The translations under genes were made by a program, and so were the position numbers. DNA of 64,000 bases from Candidatus Omnitrophota bacterium. Lineage in GTDB: Bacteria > Omnitrophota > Gorgyraeia > JABMSB01. The notes below the pieces were generated by a model. It saw only the letters and a program-made list of their open reading frames with translations, had not been told where the DNA came from and ran no database searches. Of the stretch, positions 59,627-64,000 are shown one piece after another (position 1 is the stretch's first letter; every line of letters starts with the position of its first letter). The stretch is from positions 19,370 through 83,369 of the forward strand of contig JABMSB010000028.1 of NCBI GenBank assembly GCA_013202205.1. The letters are read 5' to 3'.

Positions 59627-60205
59627 CTATCTGTCTTTTGAGTATAACCCCTTCTCCTTGATATACTCGTTGACACCTTTCGGAACAAGGTTGTCTATAG
59701 GTACACCTTCTTTTGCCAGACGGCGTATCTCGGTAGACGAGACATCTATGCTGGGTATCTCTACGATTTCGGTTTCTGCGGGGACACCCGTCATCTCAAA
59801 CCCCGGCCGGTTTACCACTGTAAACTTTGCAAGCCTCAAAACCTCGTCCAGGTTCTTCCATGCAGGCAACTCCCCAAGAGAGTCTGAACCTACTATAAAA
59901 TAGATCTGAGCAGAATCGCCATAGCTGGCGCGCAACTCTTTTAAGGTCTCTACCGTGTATGACTTGCCGCCCTTCTTTATCTCTATGTCGGAAACCTCAA
60001 AGAGATCGCGTCCTTCGGTTGCTATAAGCAGCATCTCGTGGCGATCTTTAGCATCGGCAAGGCTGGCATTCTCTTTATGCGGAGGGAGATGTGTGGGTAT
60101 CAAAATCATCTTATCAAGCCTGAGCTTCTTGCAGACCTCCTCAGCCAGCACAAGATGTCCGTTATGCACAGGGTTAAATGTCCCGCCCAACACACCTATC
60201 TTCAT
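59627..60205 (-). CDS. nadD: Nicotinate-nucleotide adenylyltransferase
   Basis: GGTFNPVHNGH, PPHK, SYTVETL, IVGSD, VSSTEIR. Confidence 0.96.
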   Translation of the reverse strand: MKIGVLGGTFNPVHNGHLVLAEEVCKKLRLDKMILIPTHLPPHKENASLADAKDRHEMLLIATEGRDLFEVSDIEIKKGGKSYTVETLKELRASYGDSAQIYFIVGSDSLGELPAWKNLDEVLRLAKFTVVNRPGFEMTGVPAETEIVEIPSIDVSSTEIRRLAKEGVPIDNLVPKGVNEYIKEKGLYSKDR

Positions 60206-60213
60206 GACACCCC

Positions 60214-61470
60214 TTATTTCCTGATCTGCCCGTCACCATAGACGACGTATTTATATGTGGTAAGTTCTACCAATCCCATCGGCCCGCGCGCATGGAGCCT
60301 GTCGGTACTTATCCCCAACTCAGCCCCCATGCCAAACTGGCCGCCGTCGGTAAAACGTGTCGATGCGTTGATATATACAGCCGCTGAATCGACAGAACGC
60401 AGGAACTTATCTGCCGCTCTTCTATCCTCCGTAATTATCGCGTCTGAATGTTGCGACCCGAAACAGGCAATATGGGCTATCGCGTCATCTATGGAATCGA
60501 CCACCTTGACTGAGAGGATAAGGTCGAGATACTCCTCGGGCCAGTCTTTATTTGTTGCTGCCTTTATACCTTTTAAGATCTTTCTCGTGCGCGCGCAGCC
60601 TCTCATCTCAACTTGGGCATCACGCAACCTCTTCGCTACAGAAGGCAAGAACTCTTTCGCGACCTTCTTGTGAACAAGTAGTGTCTCCATGGCATTGCAT
60701 ACGCCGGGACGCTGAACCTTGGCGTTAAAAGAGATCTCCTCCGCCATATCGAGATCTGCCTCTTTGTCGACATATGTATGGCATACACCCTTATAATGTT
60801 TTATAACAGGTATTCGTGATGTCTCCGCAACCATCTTAATAAGCGACTCTCCTCCGCGCGGTATGATCAGGTCCACAAGGTCTCTTTGTTTAAGGAGAAC
60901 TCCTACGGCACGCCTATCGGTCGATTTTATAAAACCTATAGCGCCCTTAGGAATCCCTGAGGCCTTGGCCGATTTTATAAGGCTGCTATATATCGCCAGG
61001 TTCGAATTTATCGCTTCGCTGCCGCCGCGTAATATGAGCGCATTACCGCTCATAAGGCAGAGCCCTACGGAATCACTCGTCACGTTGGGACGAGATTCGT
61101 ATATGATACCAACCACACCTATAGATACCCTCATCTTGCCTATCAGAAGTCCATTCGGCCTTTTACGCCACTCTCCTATAGAGCCGACGGGATCCTTAAG
61201 TGAAGTTATCGCCTTAAGAGATTGGGCCATATCCTTTATCCTTGAATCTGTCAGGCGCAGCCGATCTATAAGAGCGCCTGAGAACCCCTTTGCCTCAGCA
61301 TCTTTTATATCCCTCGCGTTGGCACGCTTGATGGAAGAGGTGTCTTTTAACAAACCCTTTGCCATCAACAAGAGGGCTTTTCTTTTCGCTTGTGTGCTCA
61401 GAAGCGCCAATTCGGCCGAAGCCCGCTTCGCCTCTTGCGCAACTCGTACTACATCAGCAATTGTGCTCAT
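60214..61470 (-). CDS. proA: Gamma-glutamyl phosphate reductase
   Basis: IYESRPNVT, RGGSEA, VCNAMETLL, NASTRFTDG, GISTDRLHARGPMG. Confidence 0.97.
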   Translation of the reverse strand: MSTIADVVRVAQEAKRASAELALLSTQAKRKALLLMAKGLLKDTSSIKRANARDIKDAEAKGFSGALIDRLRLTDSRIKDMAQSLKAITSLKDPVGSIGEWRKRPNGLLIGKMRVSIGVVGIIYESRPNVTSDSVGLCLMSGNALILRGGSEAINSNLAIYSSLIKSAKASGIPKGAIGFIKSTDRRAVGVLLKQRDLVDLIIPRGGESLIKMVAETSRIPVIKHYKGVCHTYVDKEADLDMAEEISFNAKVQRPGVCNAMETLLVHKKVAKEFLPSVAKRLRDAQVEMRGCARTRKILKGIKAATNKDWPEEYLDLILSVKVVDSIDDAIAHIACFGSQHSDAIITEDRRAADKFLRSVDSAAVYINASTRFTDGGQFGMGAELGISTDRLHARGPMGLVELTTYKYVVYGDGQIRK

Positions 61471-61481
61471 TGTTTACCTCG

Positions 61482-62591
61482 TTATGTTAAAAGGACAAGA
61501 TTATCCCGATGGATCACTTCGTCATAATCCTTATATCCCAAGATCTCCTCTATCTGGCTAGTATGTTTACCCTGTATCTTGTGGATCTCTGATGAGGAAT
61601 AGTTTGAAAGCCCTCGGGCAAACTCATGGCCTGCGGTATCTGCGATCCTGATAACATCGCCTGTTTCGAATCTACCGCTTATGCCCGTCACACCCTTTGC
61701 CAGGAGGCTCTTACCACGCTCAATGAGCGCACTCTTGGCTCCGGCATCGACTTTCACTATGCCCTGGGCCCTTGAGAAGTGCGCAATCCACCGTTTTCTT
61801 GCAACAGTCCGCTTCTCTTTTGCAAAGAAGCGCGTACCCACCTTCTGGTCAGATAGTATCTTGGCCAATATATCTTTTCTTCTGCCGCTTGCAATCACGC
61901 AAGGTATACCCGATGATGTCACGACCTTCGCGGCATCTATCTTAGTCGCCATACCGCCTACACCCAGACACCCCGCGCCCTTGACGACCAGGGCCTCAAG
62001 ATCCTTTGTGATCTCCCTGACTTCATAGATCGTTTCGACTGGTTTTTTGCCCGATTCGTCAAACCTGAAGAGATTGTCGACATCTGAGAGCAGAATCAAA
62101 AGATCTGCCTCTGACATATCGGCTACGAGAGCAGAGAGACGATCATTGTCACCGAATCGTATCTCATCCGTTGAAACCGTATCATTCTCATTTATTATGG
62201 GTATGATAGACCTATCGATGATGCTCATGAGCGTATTCTTGGCATTGAGAAAACGGAGCCTTGCATCCATATCCTCCTGCGTAAGCAGCATCTGGGCGGT
62301 CAGGTAGCCCTCCTTCTTAAAGAGCTGCCCGTATATCTTCATAAGCTGTCCCTGTCCCACTGCAGCGCATGCCTGAAGGTCGGGCAATGACTTTGGTCTT
62401 TTTTTAAGACCAAGCAGTCCCATCCCGGCGCCTATGGCGCCTGAGCTGACCAAGACGACCTGGTGGCCTTTCTTCATCAGCTTTGAAACCTGATCGACCA
62501 ACGACCTCATCCTGCTCCTATCCAAAAGAAATGTTGAGGTCGATGCAATAACGCTGGTTCCTATCTTTATCACTATCTTTCGATAACGCAT
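61482..62591 (-). CDS. proB: Glutamate 5-kinase with PUA domain
   Basis: IKIGTS, VSSGAI, INENDTV..FGDNDRL, GGMATK, IHRDNL. Confidence 0.97.
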   Translation of the reverse strand: MRYRKIVIKIGTSVIASTSTFLLDRSRMRSLVDQVSKLMKKGHQVVLVSSGAIGAGMGLLGLKKRPKSLPDLQACAAVGQGQLMKIYGQLFKKEGYLTAQMLLTQEDMDARLRFLNAKNTLMSIIDRSIIPIINENDTVSTDEIRFGDNDRLSALVADMSEADLLILLSDVDNLFRFDESGKKPVETIYEVREITKDLEALVVKGAGCLGVGGMATKIDAAKVVTSSGIPCVIASGRRKDILAKILSDQKVGTRFFAKEKRTVARKRWIAHFSRAQGIVKVDAGAKSALIERGKSLLAKGVTGISGRFETGDVIRIADTAGHEFARGLSNYSSSEIHKIQGKHTSQIEEILGYKDYDEVIHRDNLVLLT

Positions 62592-62610
62592 CTTTAAATA
62601 ACCCCCGTAT

Positions 62611-63579
62611 TCAAAGTTTGTGCTTCTTTAGCACCTTGTAAATTCCACCGATTAACTCTTCTATGCCTTCACCCGTAACAGCCGATATCGGGTAGACCTT
62701 CTCTTTTATACCTTTTTTGAATCTATCAAATCCTTCCTTCGAATCCGGTAGATCCAACTTGTTTGCAACAATCACCTGCGGTTTATCTATCAACTCCTTG
62801 CTGTAAAGTCTCAGCTCCTCATTGAGAGAATAAAAATCTTTGAGGGGGTCCGGTCGTTCAAAGAGGCTGACATCAACTAAGTGCAGGAGTATGCGCGTGC
62901 GCTCCACGTGCCTTAAGAATCTATCGCCGAGTCCGCGTCCTGCATGCGCCCCCTCTATGAGCCCCGGTATATCCGCAACGACGAAACTCCCGTCATAGGC
63001 CTTGACCATTCCCAATGTCGGTTCTTTTGTCGTAAAGGGGTAGTTTGCTATCTTAGGCTTTGCGCGGGAGATCCGCGATATAAGTGTAGACTTCCCCGCA
63101 TTCGGGTACCCGATGATACCCACGTCGGCTATTAGCTTCAGCTCAAACCGTAATTCCTTGTTTTCGCCCTCATAGCCTTCGGTAGAAATTCGCCTCTTGC
63201 TGTTGCCCCGGCCACCATCACCACCCCTGCATACTATGAATTTATCATTGTCGACGGTCAGATCACGCAAAAGGAGGCTGTTCCCGGCATCGTAAACAAT
63301 AGTGCCCGGAGGGACTCTTACCAGACAGTCTTCTCCATCGGCGCCCCTCATGTGGTTGGAGCTACCATGTTTGCCTGAGCTTGCCCTGAAGTGATGATGA
63401 TATCGAAAATTGAGGAGGGTGGCTATATTCCTATCAGCCATAATGATGACAGACCCGCCGTTGCCGCCGTCTCCGCCATCGGGCCTGCGTCTCATTGTCA
63501 GCCTGGACGTCGCAAAACTGTTGCAACCATTGCCGCCCTTGCCGGCCTGTACAGCAATCTTTGCGCTGTCAACAAACAT
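62611..63579 (-). CDS. obgE: GTPase Obg (short form without C-terminal domain)
   Basis: MFVD..AGKGGNG, ELKLIADVGIIGYPNAGKST, YPFTT, DIPGLIEGAH, NKLD. Confidence 0.95.
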   Translation of the reverse strand: MFVDSAKIAVQAGKGGNGCNSFATSRLTMRRRPDGGDGGNGGSVIIMADRNIATLLNFRYHHHFRASSGKHGSSNHMRGADGEDCLVRVPPGTIVYDAGNSLLLRDLTVDNDKFIVCRGGDGGRGNSKRRISTEGYEGENKELRFELKLIADVGIIGYPNAGKSTLISRISRAKPKIANYPFTTKEPTLGMVKAYDGSFVVADIPGLIEGAHAGRGLGDRFLRHVERTRILLHLVDVSLFERPDPLKDFYSLNEELRLYSKELIDKPQVIVANKLDLPDSKEGFDRFKKGIKEKVYPISAVTGEGIEELIGGIYKVLKKHKL

Positions 63580-63612
63580 ATCTTTGGGTTATCGCCTATG
63601 GGGTGTATAGTT

Positions 63613-63867
63613 TCAGGTACGGGATGGAGCCGGTATAATACTGATGACCCTATGGTTCTTGAAATGGACCTTGCCGTCTATCCTGGCAAAAAGCGTATCG
63701 TCCTTGCCCCTCCCGACATTTAAACCAGGCATGAACTTCGTCCCTCGCTGCCGTACCAGTATACTGCCAGCGGTGACGTACTCTTCACTAAAGCGCTTAA
63801 CGCCTAAGCGTTGCGCATGACTATCTCTGCCGTTACGCGAGCTACCTAAACCTTTTTTATGAGCCAT
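63613..63867 (-). CDS. rpmA: 50S ribosomal protein L27
   Basis: [32 protein letters not shown]. Confidence 0.97.
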   Translation of the reverse strand: MAHKKGLGSSRNGRDSHAQRLGVKRFSEEYVTAGSILVRQRGTKFMPGLNVGRGKDDTLFARIDGKVHFKNHRVISIIPAPSRT

Positions 63868-63899
63868 AGCTTACCTCTTTTTGACAAGTCCACACAAAC

Positions 63900-64000
63900 T
63901 TATTCTATCGTTATGTCCTTGACCTTTAGCTTTGTAAAATCTCTCCTGCTTCCCACTTTGGTCTTGCAACTCTTCCGTCTCTTATACATAAAGAAGACCG
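63900..64000 (-). CDS. rplU: 50S ribosomal protein L21, 3' part
   Basis: Manual translation ..VFFMYKRRKSCKTKVGSRRDFTKLKVKDITIE*; upstream of rpmA. Confidence 0.85.
   Translation of the reverse strand, partial: VFFMYKRRKSCKTKVGSRRDFTKLKVKDITIE

Noticed and set aside
738-63723. Numerous plus-strand ORFs and short alternative-frame minus ORFs in the track
   Set aside because: They overlap well-supported minus-strand genes and show no recognisable motifs; shadow ORFs.

Overview
Gene-dense bacterial chromosomal segment with about 65 genes, all on the minus strand. No rRNA, tRNA, CRISPR array, transposase or integrase was recognised. The Amuc_1100-like pilus gene, the Wood-Ljungdahl genes and the short Mfd suggest an anaerobic PVC-superphylum organism, probably Omnitrophota (inference, not verified). 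In transcription order: rplU-rpmA-obgE-proB-proA-nadD; a 46-aa zinc-ribbon gene; frameshifted rsfS; GAF/HD-GYP; argS; minimal mfd; two PPIases; pdxA-rsmA-gatCAB-ctpA-tsaD-mgtC; a bactofilin-HTH plus membrane-HTH pair; larBC; a hybrid T2SS/type IV pilus locus (two ATPases, GspF, pseudopilins G/H/I/J/K, PilM-N fusion, Amuc_1100-like, split secretin); polA-coaE-rho-rpmE-prfA-prmC-murA-rpsP-trmD-rplS-rnhB; and a Wood-Ljungdahl cluster (fhs, fchA, folD, metF, cooS, cooF, FAD oxidoreductase, acsB, acsC, acsV, cooC). Best leads: (1) two variable pilin cassettes with an identical 28-bp leader inserted between fhs and fchA; (2) a secretin split inside its N3 domain into two signal-peptide-bearing genes; (3) a bactofilin-HTH fusion paired with a membrane-anchored HTH protein; (4) an Mfd lacking its autoinhibitory clamp. 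All product calls come from motif recognition by eye; no database search was run.
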